DNA of 64,000 bases, taken from positions 4,410 to 68,409 of the forward strand of contig CAMDGM010000017.1 of the NCBI GenBank assembly GCA_945898015.1, given 5' to 3'. This DNA is from PVC group bacterium (GTDB lineage Bacteria; Verrucomicrobiota; Kiritimatiellia; CAIKKV01). A program made the translations under genes and the position numbers. The notes under the pieces were generated by a model that saw only the letters and a list, made by a program, of their open reading frames with translations, made no database searches and was not told where the DNA came from. Each line of letters opens with the position of its first letter. Within the stretch, counting starts at the first letter, position 1. This document shows, piece by piece, positions 1 through 9,336 of the stretch.

Positions 1-1422
1 CGTATCCTTCCCAAGGAATCTCCCGTGATGGAGTTTGTGGGGATCATGGAAAACACGGCCCAGGACATGGCGCATCTGACCGAGCAGCTCCTCTGCCTGT
101 CACGCCGCGGGCGCATGGGGCAGGATGAGGTGTTTTCCATGAACGAGGTGGTGAACCAGACTCTGGCGTTATTGCGAATGGATACGCCGGCGGGCATCCG
201 GGTTGAGCTCAACCTGGACCGTGACCTGATGCCGGTCAAGGGCGGTCGAGATCAGGTGGGGCGGGTGATTCACAATTTATGCCGGAATGCGATCGACGCC
301 ATGGAGGATGCCGGCGTTCTGGTCCTGTCGACGGAGAATGTCTATTTGGAGTCCTCGTTTGGATCCAACAGCGAGGTGAAACCCGGCGAATATGTCAGGG
401 TTTCGATCAAGGATACCGGTCATGGCATTCCGGACGAGGTGAAGGAGAAGATGTTCGATCCGTTCTTCACCACCAAGCGCGCCAGCAAGCGGAGGGGGTC
501 GGGACTGGGTCTTTCCATCGTCCTGGGCATCGTCAAGGATTACAACGGGTATCTTGATTTTAACACCCAGGTCGGGAAGGGAACGACTTTTTATGTGTAT
601 CTCCCGATTTTCCGCGACGATCCGAAATCGGAGACCGCGCTTCCCGGCGGGCACGAGACGCTTTTGCTCATGGATGATGACGCTCTCCAGGTGGAGCTGA
701 TTTCGAAGATGCTGTCCTCGTTTGGCTATCATGTCATGGGATGCCGGAGCGGCGAGGAGGCTATCCAGCTTTTCAAAAAAGGGAAAGTTCAACCTGATCT
801 GGCCATCCTGGACGTTCTGATTCCCGGTGGGATGGACGGGGTGGAAACCATGCGTCGCCTGCGGAGTTTAAAGCCGCAATTTCCGGTGATTTTGATTTCG
901 GGGATGCCCGCCGGCGTGGAATTGGCCCTCCAGATGGGGGAGGCGCCCTTCTTGCGCAAGCCGATCACGGTGGAACATCTTGCGCAGGAAGTGAGAAAAG
1001 CGCTTGATCAGCATCAGAAACCGGGCGGCCAGGAGGGGAGCGGGACTTCCCTTTTAATCGTGGATGACGAAGAGCCGATGAGGAAGCTGTTTTCCTTGAT
1101 TCTCCAATCCGAGTATCCCCAGGTGCGGATCGAGCAAGCCAGCAACGGACGCGAGGCGATTACCGTGGCTATCGCCACGCGGCCCAAGGTGATCATCATG
1201 GATTGCCAGATGCCGGTGGTGGATGGGACGCAGGCTTTCGTTTCGATCCAGGCGGAGTTCCAAAAACGGGGATGGACGTTGCCGTCGGTGATTTTCTGTA
1301 CGGGTTTTGCCCTTCCCGAGGTGCTCCGAAAGGTCGTGGCGGACGACCCCCGGCATGCCTATTTATCCAAGCCGATACAGGCCGAGACGTTGATCGAGGA
1401 AGTGGGTCTCCGCCTGAAATAG
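1..1422 (+). CDS. Hybrid sensor histidine kinase, C-terminal part (HATPase_c plus two receiver domains). The 5' end lies outside the window.
   Basis: The frame is open from nt 1 (listed ORF 25..1422). ATP-binding boxes NLCRNAIDA, DTGHGIP and GSGLGLSIV are present. Two CheY-like blocks follow: LLLMDDD...AILDVLIPGGMDG...LRKP and LLIVDDEEP...IIMDCQMPVVDG...LSKP. Confidence 0.85.
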   Translation, partial: RILPKESPVMEFVGIMENTAQDMAHLTEQLLCLSRRGRMGQDEVFSMNEVVNQTLALLRMDTPAGIRVELNLDRDLMPVKGGRDQVGRVIHNLCRNAIDAMEDAGVLVLSTENVYLESSFGSNSEVKPGEYVRVSIKDTGHGIPDEVKEKMFDPFFTTKRASKRRGSGLGLSIVLGIVKDYNGYLDFNTQVGKGTTFYVYLPIFRDDPKSETALPGGHETLLLMDDDALQVELISKMLSSFGYHVMGCRSGEEAIQLFKKGKVQPDLAILDVLIPGGMDGVETMRRLRSLKPQFPVILISGMPAGVELALQMGEAPFLRKPITVEHLAQEVRKALDQHQKPGGQEGSGTSLLIVDDEEPMRKLFSLILQSEYPQVRIEQASNGREAITVAIATRPKVIIMDCQMPVVDGTQAFVSIQAEFQKRGWTLPSVIFCTGFALPEVLRKVVADDPRHAYLSKPIQAETLIEEVGLRLK

Positions 1423-1430
1423 GCGAAAGC

Positions 1431-2303
1431 ATGGTCATGCAGATTATTCGATCCATTCCGGACATGCAGAAAACGATGCTGGCGTTAAGGGCGCAGCCGG
1501 ATTGCCGCATCGGGTTTGTTCCCACCATGGGGTGTTTGCACGAGGGGCATCTCTCGTTGATTCGGCAGGTGCGCCGGTTGGGCTGTTTGCCGGTGGTGAG
1601 CCTTTTTGTCAACCCGATCCAGTTCGGACCACGGGAGGATTTTTCCCGATATCCGCGCCCGTTTGACCACGATTGCCGGCTTTGCGAGCAGGAAGGGGCG
1701 GCCTATCTATTCGCGCCTTCGGCGGAAGAGATGTATCCGTCCGGCGCTTCGGTGTTTGTGGAGGAAACCAAGTTGTCCGGGGGGCTTTGCGGGGCCGCTC
1801 GGCCCGGGCACTTCCGGGGCGTTACGACCGTGGTCACCAAGCTTTTCCAAATTGTCCAACCGCACGTGGCGGCGTTTGGACGCAAGGATGCCCAGCAGGC
1901 CCGGATCATCGCGCACCTGACCGCCTGCCTGAACATGCCGGTTGAAATCGAAATTTGCCCGATCGTCCGGGAACCGGATGGCTTGGCGATGAGTTCGCGC
2001 AACCGCTATTTGACTCCCGTTGAGCGAGCGCAGTCCGTTGGACTCGTGGAGGCACTGCGCGAAGCCGCAGGCCTTTACCGGAGCGGGGAAACAGGCGCGG
2101 CGGCTTTAATCCGGGCCATGGAGGAACGGCTCCGCCAGCAGGGCTTGTTGATCCCGGAATATGTGGCGGTGGTGGATTATGCGTCCTTGCAACCGGTGGA
2201 GACGGTCGGCCCCTCAACCCTGTGCGCGCTGGCCGTGAAGGTGGGCTCGACCCGGTTGATCGACAACCTGCTGATCAACGCGGCCGGTGAGACAGTCCTT
2301 TAG
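1431..2303 (+). CDS. panC: Pantoate--beta-alanine ligase
   Basis: Motifs PTMGCLHEGHLSL, FVNPIQFG, FGRKDAQQ and MSSRNRYL. I chose the ATG at 1431 (MVMQIIRS), just after the upstream stop. The listed 1203 start is a Gly/Arg-rich extension overlapping the previous gene. Confidence 0.9.
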   Translation: MVMQIIRSIPDMQKTMLALRAQPDCRIGFVPTMGCLHEGHLSLIRQVRRLGCLPVVSLFVNPIQFGPREDFSRYPRPFDHDCRLCEQEGAAYLFAPSAEEMYPSGASVFVEETKLSGGLCGAARPGHFRGVTTVVTKLFQIVQPHVAAFGRKDAQQARIIAHLTACLNMPVEIEICPIVREPDGLAMSSRNRYLTPVERAQSVGLVEALREAAGLYRSGETGAAALIRAMEERLRQQGLLIPEYVAVVDYASLQPVETVGPSTLCALAVKVGSTRLIDNLLINAAGETVL

Positions 2304-3960
2304 CCTCGATGATGGCGCTGGCCAGTTCCGCGGTCTTGACGTTCGCGGCGAGAGAAATGACCCCCCGGGCGTAAAGCGGTTCGCCGGCTCGTTCGTCCTG
2401 GAGAATCACAATGCCCGCTTGCGGCCGAAGTTTCATCAAAGCCCGTAAAAAGGCCTCGGATTCATGTCCGATCAGGCTTTGGTCGATCAGGATCACATCC
2501 ACCCCGGGGTCCGTTTCGGCCTTCATGAGAAGGCCGATGGAGTCGTGAATTTCGTGAATCACCGTTTTCTCCGGCGTCCCGATGATGGTTAAGATGTGAT
2601 CCGTTACTTCTTTGCGGCCCGCCAGAAGAATGGTCAGGCCGGAGAGAAACGCCAACAGTTCGGTTTCCGGTTCCAAGGCGGAGGAAAACCTCACGTGCGG
2701 AAGCAGCACGCGGAACAGCGTCTGCTCCGGGCCTTGTGAAAAGCACTCCAACGAACCGCCGCATTCCTCCACCATGGCGCGGACCACGGACAGGATGATT
2801 CCGGACTCGGATTCGGAACGGGAGGCCTGGTCGGAGGCGGGGATGCTGGGCGGGGCGCCGGCGTCTGCGGAGGCGGAGATGAGCAGGATGGCCGCGTAGG
2901 TCCGGTTGACATTCAGGAGGTGGTCGGGACCGGGCTTGTTCACCGTGATCCGGATCACGCCGGGGCGAGCCAGGGAGTCTGCGGATAACAAGCCCAGGTT
3001 GAGGATGACCTGTTCGATCTGGATTCCTGAAAGGGAGACCGGATCGAAAGCGGAGTCCGCTTCCAAGGTCACGCTCCAGGCTGGAGAAAGCCCGATTCGA
3101 AGCAATTCCGCGGCCCGCCCTGAATACTGTTCAAGACGGTCCGTGGGAAGTCCCGCCATGCCGCTGTGACTCAAGTCCATAAGGTGGCGCGACAGGGTAA
3201 TGCCCCGTTCGGCCTCGCGGGTGATGACGGCGGCGGATTGGAGCAGTTCATCCGAACCGGCTCCAGGGCGCATTCGGCGTAGGAGTGCCCCATGGCTGGC
3301 AATGCCGCAAAGCAGGTTGTTGAAATCGAATGCGACCCCGCGGGCGATCCGGCCCACGAGTTGAAACCGTGCAATTTGTTCGCGGCGCTGCCCCTCGGCG
3401 CGATGGTGCGTGATGTCGCTGACGAAGATCACATGCATATCCTCCGCGGGCTGAGATCGGAACCGGAGGGTGCGTGTGACGCCTGTGCTTTGGCAGATTT
3501 GTTCAATTTCCTGTGTTTCGCCGGAATTCAACAGGAGCGCCGCATCGGCGTCGCCGAGGCAGGGGAAAACGGATTTGATGGACTCCAATTCATGGATGGG
3601 CTTGGACGCCAGCCGGCGCAGGGAGGGATTGCTGCCGATCACCCGAGCCTGCCGGTCCACGGTCATCAGCCCGTCGTGGATGGCGGCGAGTTCGTCGACG
3701 AAACGCCCGACCCGGCGGCGACTTTCCCGCGATACGGAGAATCGGATGACCCAGATTCCGGTGGCCCCGGCAATGCACATAAACGCGAAGGTGATGGCGA
3801 GGATGCCGAAGGAAATGAGGGCGGTGGTTTCGGGCCGTGCGCCCGGAAGCTCAGCGATCACGACCAGTGTGGCGCGCACGGCCACCGCCGCGATGGCGAA
3901 AAGGATGGTCAAAAGAATCCCGATACGGAGGGCGTCCCGGGTTGTGGAAGCGGTGGTCAT
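2275..3960 (-). CDS. Membrane-bound histidine-kinase-like protein with a degenerate H-box and catalytic core, plus a C-terminal receiver-like domain
   Basis: Two N-terminal TM helices. The dimerisation/H-box region reads GVAFDFNNLL, where the AHDFNNLL-type motif would carry the phospho-accepting His (codon TTC confirmed in the DNA near 3330). The N and G boxes are weak (NLGLLSADSL, SADAGAP, SGIILSVV). The C-terminal REC-like block is ILLAGRKE...VILIDQSL. The gene lies directly downstream of pilQ. Confidence 0.7.
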   Translation of the reverse strand: MTTASTTRDALRIGILLTILFAIAAVAVRATLVVIAELPGARPETTALISFGILAITFAFMCIAGATGIWVIRFSVSRESRRRVGRFVDELAAIHDGLMTVDRQARVIGSNPSLRRLASKPIHELESIKSVFPCLGDADAALLLNSGETQEIEQICQSTGVTRTLRFRSQPAEDMHVIFVSDITHHRAEGQRREQIARFQLVGRIARGVAFDFNNLLCGIASHGALLRRMRPGAGSDELLQSAAVITREAERGITLSRHLMDLSHSGMAGLPTDRLEQYSGRAAELLRIGLSPAWSVTLEADSAFDPVSLSGIQIEQVILNLGLLSADSLARPGVIRITVNKPGPDHLLNVNRTYAAILLISASADAGAPPSIPASDQASRSESESGIILSVVRAMVEECGGSLECFSQGPEQTLFRVLLPHVRFSSALEPETELLAFLSGLTILLAGRKEVTDHILTIIGTPEKTVIHEIHDSIGLLMKAETDPGVDVILIDQSLIGHESEAFLRALMKLRPQAGIVILQDERAGEPLYARGVISLAANVKTAELASAIIEAKGLSHRPR

Positions 3961-3978
3961 TTCATTCCCGATGGGTTG

Positions 3979-5835
3979 TTAATGGCCGAACCAGCGGCTC
4001 ATGAACCCTTTTTTAGGTTCCGGAGTGGTCCCCTCTAACGCCTGTTTCTGGGCCTGTTCAAGGAGACGGATTTCTTTGTCCTGGTCATTCTTTTCCTGGG
4101 CGTGTTTCAGCAGGTATTTGTGAACGAGCGCGGAATCTTCCGGGATGCCTTCTTTGGGCGCGACGTTATCCGGGTTGGCCAGGCTGACGGTGACGAAAAT
4201 AATGGTTTCCACCTGGTCTTTCTCTTTGTGCGAATAAGAAAACAGGTATTTCCCGATGAGCGGAATGTCGCCGAGGAGGGGGATTTTTTTTGTTTTCTCG
4301 GAGTTCGTGGTTTCGGTGAGACCGCCGATGGCGGCGGTTTTTCCGCTTTCCAAGCTGAAAATCGTTTCAATTTTTTTCGTCGAGATGATCGGGTAGGTTT
4401 GGCCGTTGGGTGCGATGGCATCCTCAAGCCGGCTTGTCAATTCGGGTACGATGTTGACGGTGATGGACCGTTCCGTATTGATGGTGGGGGTCACGCGCAC
4501 TTTGACGCCGAGATCCACGGGTTCACCGGGATTATAGGTGACGATCGGATCGGTGTTTTGAGTGCCCGGGGTGACCGTGGAGATGAAGGGCCGCTCGGTG
4601 GATCCGATATGGATGGTGGCGGTTTCCTCGTTGGCGACGATGATTTTGGGGTTGGAGACTACCGTGGCGCCGTCGGTCTGCTTGAGTGCGCTGAGGGCGA
4701 GTTTGACATCATCGATGCTCAGGACGGCGGTTCGGACTTGTTTGAGATCATAGGTGGGCGCGAGCGTCCAGGTGACCGCTTTCGTGGCGGGATCATATTT
4801 ATAGTCGGTGATGTTTTTGCCGTTGAGCTTGCTGTCCAAGAGGTGCTGGTTGACGACTTCCGTGCCGAGGTCAGAGCCGGCGATGGGCGTGTCATTGGCC
4901 AGCCTGCGTCCGCGCGTCGTGATCTTTTCCTGCATGCCCAGCACGCCTTGGGAATCCACTTTTGTTTTGGATGTGTTTTCGGTCATGACGTTCTTAAGGC
5001 CGGTGGCGGACACGCCAAAGCTTTCCAGCACCTGCCAGTTGACGCCCAGATCCTCGATGGCCTGATCGTTCAATTCGATGAACTTGGCCTCGATAAAGAC
5101 CTGCTGGCGAGGGGTGTCAATTTTTTCTACGATTTTCCGGATCTCGCTGATGCTGGTCTCCGTGCTTCGGATGACCAGGGCGTTGGCGGGGGTGTAGGGG
5201 GACACGGAGGCTCCGATTGGCAGCAGCGCCCGGACGACGGCTACGGCGCCCGACACGCCGGCGTATTTGAGAAACATGGTTTCGGTGACCATGGGTTCCG
5301 GAGCGCCGATGGGCTTCGGCGTGATGCTGAATATCAGGGTGCCCGGTGTTTTTTCGAGGAGCGTCAGTCCGTGCATGTCCAGGATGGAGCTGAGGGCCGG
5401 CCGCCAGGCAACGTCCTTGAGGTTGACGGTGACGGTTCCCTGGAGGTTCGAGGTTGTGGCGATGATGTTGGCTCCGGAAATCCGGGTGAAGAGGCGCACG
5501 ACATCCTCCAAGGGCACGTTGTCGAGCGCGATGCTGATCAGGTCCGGGTTTTCGGCATTTTGATCCACGGCTACACCAGGGATGAGCGTTTTTTCTGCCG
5601 GTGTGACGGTGAATTCAGCCGGAGCGGAAGCCTGGGCCGGTGTTTCCTCAGTCGGGATGGTTGGCGCCGAGGGTGGGGGTGGAGGCGGAGGGACTGCCTG
5701 GACAACCGGTGCTGCTCCTTCCGTGACGGGGAGGGATGTGGTCGTTTGGGCTGAAGCGGCGATCGCGAAGGCCACAAAGGCGGCAACGCCGACGCTCACG
5801 AGACGGTTGTACAGTGAACTCGCTTGATGGGTCAT
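3979..5835 (-). CDS. pilQ: Type IV pilus / type II secretion family secretin
   Basis: Signal peptide. Pro/Ala-rich linker. N-domain motif VPLEDVVRLFTRISGANII. C-terminal secretin signature KKIPLLGDIPLIGKYLFSYSHKEKDQVETIIFVT. Confidence 0.9.
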   Translation of the reverse strand: MTHQASSLYNRLVSVGVAAFVAFAIAASAQTTTSLPVTEGAAPVVQAVPPPPPPPSAPTIPTEETPAQASAPAEFTVTPAEKTLIPGVAVDQNAENPDLISIALDNVPLEDVVRLFTRISGANIIATTSNLQGTVTVNLKDVAWRPALSSILDMHGLTLLEKTPGTLIFSITPKPIGAPEPMVTETMFLKYAGVSGAVAVVRALLPIGASVSPYTPANALVIRSTETSISEIRKIVEKIDTPRQQVFIEAKFIELNDQAIEDLGVNWQVLESFGVSATGLKNVMTENTSKTKVDSQGVLGMQEKITTRGRRLANDTPIAGSDLGTEVVNQHLLDSKLNGKNITDYKYDPATKAVTWTLAPTYDLKQVRTAVLSIDDVKLALSALKQTDGATVVSNPKIIVANEETATIHIGSTERPFISTVTPGTQNTDPIVTYNPGEPVDLGVKVRVTPTINTERSITVNIVPELTSRLEDAIAPNGQTYPIISTKKIETIFSLESGKTAAIGGLTETTNSEKTKKIPLLGDIPLIGKYLFSYSHKEKDQVETIIFVTVSLANPDNVAPKEGIPEDSALVHKYLLKHAQEKNDQDKEIRLLEQAQKQALEGTTPEPKKGFMSRWFGH

Positions 5836-5867
5836 GGTGTTCTCCAGGTGGGATCAAGGGTGCGGGG

Positions 5868-6293
5868 TTAAGGTGTGGCCGGATCAATGGTGGCGGCTTT
5901 CACAGTCCCTTTGTGATCCGTCACCCAGACGCTGTTTTTCTTGAGTTGTTTGCACGTGTAGATGCAGGGGTTGCCGTCTACAACCGTGATGGTTCCGACC
6001 GCAATGTTGGCCACGGTCCACTCATAGGGTGGGGTGCCGCCCGACGCGGTGAAGACCAGCGTGTCGTCAATGGCGCTGACGGTGGCCGTCAGCGGGGAAA
6101 TGCTTAGTGCGGTTGCGACGGAGTTGGTGGTGACCCAGCCTGGCTTGTTGTCCAGCGTCACGCGTTGGGACTCGAGGTATTTCGAGGTGTCCCCGGTGCT
6201 GGAATTATCGTTTTCGCAGCCGAGCAGAAGAAGCGGGAGTAGCAGGAGCACAAACAAGTTTCGGGGACATGCGCTGACGGAGTGATGATTCAT
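5868..6293 (-). CDS. Small lipoprotein of unknown function with a beta-rich Ig-like region, between the pilP-like gene and pilQ
   Basis: Lipobox LLLLGC after a hydrophobic leader. The remainder is Thr/Val-rich (TASGGTPPYEWTV). Overlaps the upstream gene by 4 nt. Confidence 0.6.
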   Translation of the reverse strand: MNHHSVSACPRNLFVLLLLPLLLLGCENDNSSTGDTSKYLESQRVTLDNKPGWVTTNSVATALSISPLTATVSAIDDTLVFTASGGTPPYEWTVANIAVGTITVVDGNPCIYTCKQLKKNSVWVTDHKGTVKAATIDPATP

Positions 6294-6832
6294 GGCCGGT
6301 CCTTTCCCGGGGTTGGAGATTTTGCGTCTGGTTGCATATAGTCCAATTGGGCAAACGAGATTCCATGGGCTGACACCGACTCGATTTTCCAGCGATATTG
6401 CTTGCCGTCGTAAATCAACGACACGATGTCTCCGGCGGCGACAACGGAATTATTAACGAGAGCCGCGTAGCCGCTTGGTGTTTTTATGTATCCGCCAATG
6501 CGCAGGGAGGCTTTGGCGTCAGACCATTTGGGAGCGGAAATCCTGCTTTGGGAGGCTTGGGCGAGTGCTTTTTCCCGTTCGATTTCGGCGGCGCTTTTAG
6601 GGGCGTAGCCCACAGGCCAGAAGGGATCACGGTTTCCCGGCGCCAGGTTTTCGGGGAGGCGTGGTTGGGTCACCGCACCGCTTGGGCGGGCGATGGAACC
6701 AGGACGTGATTCAGCGGCAGGATCGAGGGGTGGCGTTGAGGGGCCCTGCGCTTGTCCGATTGAAGCGGAGAGCACCAGCGCCAGGCAGGAGAGAGCCACC
6801 CGGTTGTTAGGGAGATTCGGATGCGTTATCAT
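6290..6832 (-). CDS. PilP-like pilus assembly protein
   Basis: Signal peptide and Pro-rich linker. The C-terminal beta-sandwich-like block IGGYIKTPSGYAALVNNSVVAAGDIVSL...WKIESVSAHGISF follows the PilP/GspC HR-domain pattern. Its position between the pilO-like gene and the secretin supports the call. Confidence 0.55.
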   Translation of the reverse strand: MITHPNLPNNRVALSCLALVLSASIGQAQGPSTPPLDPAAESRPGSIARPSGAVTQPRLPENLAPGNRDPFWPVGYAPKSAAEIEREKALAQASQSRISAPKWSDAKASLRIGGYIKTPSGYAALVNNSVVAAGDIVSLIYDGKQYRWKIESVSAHGISFAQLDYMQPDAKSPTPGKDRP

Positions 6833-7526
6833 AATCCTGTGAGGGGTCGATCAGGTCGTCGATCTTGGGTTTTTGTTCAAGGGTTTTCCAGATGGGCCAA
6901 AGGAGGGTCATTGAGAATTCGTGCTCTTCGGATGACTTGGGGTCCGCTTGAATGCGGAGTTCGCTGACGGCCATGTAGGGATTCGTGGATTCGATGCGAT
7001 TGAGGAATGCCAGGATGGCGGCGTATCCGGCTCGCCCGGAGAGCGTTACGGGGTAAAGGGCGAAAACGGTCGAGGCGGGGCCGGTGTACGTCTTGACCGG
7101 GCCTTGGGGGACGGCGCGTGCCGCCACCGTATTGGTGGTTTTTGGGGAAAAGATGGGGAAGTCTTCGATGACTCCTTCTTTTGGAATGTCGATCGTGACG
7201 CCCATCTTGGCGGCCAGGGGGAGAAGGGTTTCCCGGGCGGTCAGGTGATAATTCCGATATTCGTGATACAGGATGTAATTTGTTGCAGCCGATTGAATAT
7301 TCCAAAAAAGATCGTCACGAGATTGGCGCAGGGCCGGAAGTGCTTTGATCGTTCGATCGATTTCGGTAAGTTTTTTTACGGCGGCAACGAGTTTGGTTTG
7401 GGTTGTTTTCCGCTTGGTCGTGATGGTGGAGAGCCCAAAATAGGACAGGTAAAGGAGAAAAATAAGAATGAGTCCGGCGAAGGCCAGTATCTGGGTGCGT
7501 GTTTTGGGATCGGTGGGGAGTTTCAT
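6807..7526 (-). CDS. PilO-like pilus assembly protein
   Basis: Short cytoplasmic N-terminus, a single TM (ILAFAGLILIFLLYLSYFGL), then a coiled-coil-like segment and a C-terminal domain. Operon position is after the pilN-like gene. Confidence 0.55.
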   Translation of the reverse strand: MKLPTDPKTRTQILAFAGLILIFLLYLSYFGLSTITTKRKTTQTKLVAAVKKLTEIDRTIKALPALRQSRDDLFWNIQSAATNYILYHEYRNYHLTARETLLPLAAKMGVTIDIPKEGVIEDFPIFSPKTTNTVAARAVPQGPVKTYTGPASTVFALYPVTLSGRAGYAAILAFLNRIESTNPYMAVSELRIQADPKSSEEHEFSMTLLWPIWKTLEQKPKIDDLIDPSQDYDNASESP

Positions 7527-8143
7527 CGGAACGCTCTGGGTTGGTACCGGCAGTTGAGTTCGAACAGGCGGTCCATGGGGTGCGCTCCCGGAGAGGTGTC
7601 CTCAATAAAGGCGCCTTCCGGAACGTTGACTTCGTCAATATAGTTGGTGGGGCCCGTTTCTTTCTGCATGTTTAGCCGGAACCGGGTGAGATTGGCCTCG
7701 GGCGTGCCGCCGCCTGTTTTTCCTCGGATGGCGATGGAATAGGTGGCTACGGGCGTGTTGTTGGTAAACTTCAGCGTGCGTGTTAGCTGTAAATCGGTGA
7801 GTTGAACTTCCAAGGGAACGGTTTCCTGTAGGATGGCCAGGTGGTGGTTCCAGTTCATTCTCATGTTTTTCCAGCCATTTAATTGGGCTAGCATGTCGCC
7901 GTAGGTCTTTTTTTGTTTTTCGATCTCGGCGGAATGCGTGATTTGTGGGGTCTTGGCGGAAATCAACTCCTCCGTGTGCTTCAGTTGAGTCTGGTTTAAG
8001 CTCAGCGTGATCAAAAGGTGAGCGATGAAGAGCAGAATGACCAGCGGAATGGCCACTCCGATGCTTTTTACGACGAACACAAGGGGAATAAGGCCGCCGT
8101 GGCGTTTTTCTCCTTCCTCGATGAGGTCGATGTAGAGATTCAT
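7523..8143 (-). CDS. PilN-like pilus assembly protein
   Basis: Start taken at MNLYIDLI (ATG 8143), which overlaps the pilM stop as ATGA. Single TM (VAIPLVILLFIAHLLITL) followed by a coiled-coil-like region. Operon position is after pilM. Confidence 0.55.
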   Translation of the reverse strand: MNLYIDLIEEGEKRHGGLIPLVFVVKSIGVAIPLVILLFIAHLLITLSLNQTQLKHTEELISAKTPQITHSAEIEKQKKTYGDMLAQLNGWKNMRMNWNHHLAILQETVPLEVQLTDLQLTRTLKFTNNTPVATYSIAIRGKTGGGTPEANLTRFRLNMQKETGPTNYIDEVNVPEGAFIEDTSPGAHPMDRLFELNCRYQPRAFR

Positions 8144-9174
8144 GATTTCTCCAGAACGGACAGGGCGGCGCCTGTGGCGGCCGTGAGTCGGCATTCCTGC
8201 CCGGGCACGCTTTTTCCCAGGATGGCTGTTTCAGAGGAAAAATCTTCAAGGGGATTCCACGTCACGAATTCAAGATCGAACGCCACTTCCACTTCTTTTC
8301 GAAGCGGGGCGAATGCGCCGCCTCCGCCACTGAGGAAAAACTGGCGGATCCGGCAGTTTTCTCGTCGTTCCACGAAGTCGCGTGAGACCAGGAGCTGCTT
8401 GATAAAAGGCTGTGCGGCTTCGCTGACCCAGTGGGAAATGTCAATGCTGCCTGATGAGACGATGTCGATCGCCACCTGAGGGGAAACTCCGAGCCCTTGG
8501 CGGACCTGGTTCATGACGGAATCGACGCCAAAATCGAATTTCCGGATGAGGACGGGGACGCTTCGGGTAAAGAGGGAAAAGAGGCTGGATTTCTCCCCGA
8601 TTTCGAGATGTCCTACGGTTTCAGTTGTTCCTTTCCGGTCTTGCCTGTTCATGAAGGCGGAAAGGGTTGCGAGGCCTGATATTTCGATTGAACACGGCGC
8701 TGGCGGTCCGAGGGGGAACAGCCTGGGCGCAAAGGCGGCTTGGGCGGAAGGATACCCGGCGGCCAGCACGCGGGATTCAGACCGGGCATGACCGTTGATC
8801 AGGATCTTGTAGTTAATCCGAAAAAGGTCCGGTTTTTCGAGCCCCATGTGGGGGACGATCTGGTGTTCGGTTTCGGCCGTGAATTCTCCGGGAAAGCTGA
8901 GGACTTTGATGATCGCTTGATCGGATGGAAGTGCCAAGGCTCCGTAAGACGCTTGAAGCGCTTTTGGCAAGACGAGCGCCGGTGGATTTGGAAGGGATTC
9001 GGGATCGGATGGAAAGAGGACTGGGGCGATGATGTCTGCTCCAACCAGAATGATTCCGGCCGGTGTTTTTTTTAGCCGGACACATTTCAGCCCGGTGGTG
9101 CCAAAGTCCAACCCCACCACGTCTTTGGGAGAATGGTCCAGCTTTTTCAGGAAGGATTGTAGTTTGAACAACAT
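8140..9174 (-). CDS. pilM: PilM, actin-like ATPase of the pilus alignment complex
   Basis: N-terminal phosphate-1 motif VVGLDFGTTGLKCVRL. Length of about 344 aa. A later glycine-rich motif LSGGGGAF. First gene of the M-N-O-P-Q run. Confidence 0.8.
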   Translation of the reverse strand: MLFKLQSFLKKLDHSPKDVVGLDFGTTGLKCVRLKKTPAGIILVGADIIAPVLFPSDPESLPNPPALVLPKALQASYGALALPSDQAIIKVLSFPGEFTAETEHQIVPHMGLEKPDLFRINYKILINGHARSESRVLAAGYPSAQAAFAPRLFPLGPPAPCSIEISGLATLSAFMNRQDRKGTTETVGHLEIGEKSSLFSLFTRSVPVLIRKFDFGVDSVMNQVRQGLGVSPQVAIDIVSSGSIDISHWVSEAAQPFIKQLLVSRDFVERRENCRIRQFFLSGGGGAFAPLRKEVEVAFDLEFVTWNPLEDFSSETAILGKSVPGQECRLTAATGAALSVLEKS

Positions 9175-9234
9175 TAAGATGTTTTATAACAGTCCGTATT
9201 GAAAGGATGCAACACAATTCATATATAACAAAAT

Positions 9235-9250
9235 AGCAATGATCGTGCCA
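9235..9250 (-). promoter_or_regulatory. Sigma-54 (-24/-12) promoter upstream of pilM
   Basis: The minus strand reads TGGCACGATCATTGCT. This matches TGGCACG-N4-TTGCW exactly, with invariant GG and GC at the correct spacing. It lies about 60 nt upstream of the pilM ATG (9174). Confidence 0.8.
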
Positions 9251-9277
9251 ACCCCAATAAAAAGAGCGTTTAAAAGG

Positions 9278-9311
9278 AAGAAGGCTTCCAAGTTGCCCTG
9301 GAAGCCTTCTT
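9278..9311 (-). terminator. Rho-independent terminator after the pilin gene
   Basis: Perfect 13-bp stem AAGAAGGCTTCCA / TGGAAGCCTTCTT with an 8-nt loop. On the minus strand it is followed by CCTTTTAAA..TTTTTATT. It sits 26 nt past the pilin stop. Confidence 0.7.
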
Positions 9312-9336
9312 TTGCGTTACTACGTTAAACGCGCAC

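Noticed and set aside
1203-1430. Listed start of the panC ORF at 1203
   Set aside because: The first 76 codons overlap the upstream kinase gene and have no PanC similarity. The ATG at 1431 follows that gene's stop by 8 nt.
4102-5754. 550-aa plus-strand ORF covering almost the whole pilQ region
   Set aside because: It is the antisense shadow of the secretin gene. The product is Gly/Asp/Arg-rich with no recognisable motif, whereas the minus-strand product has clear secretin signatures.
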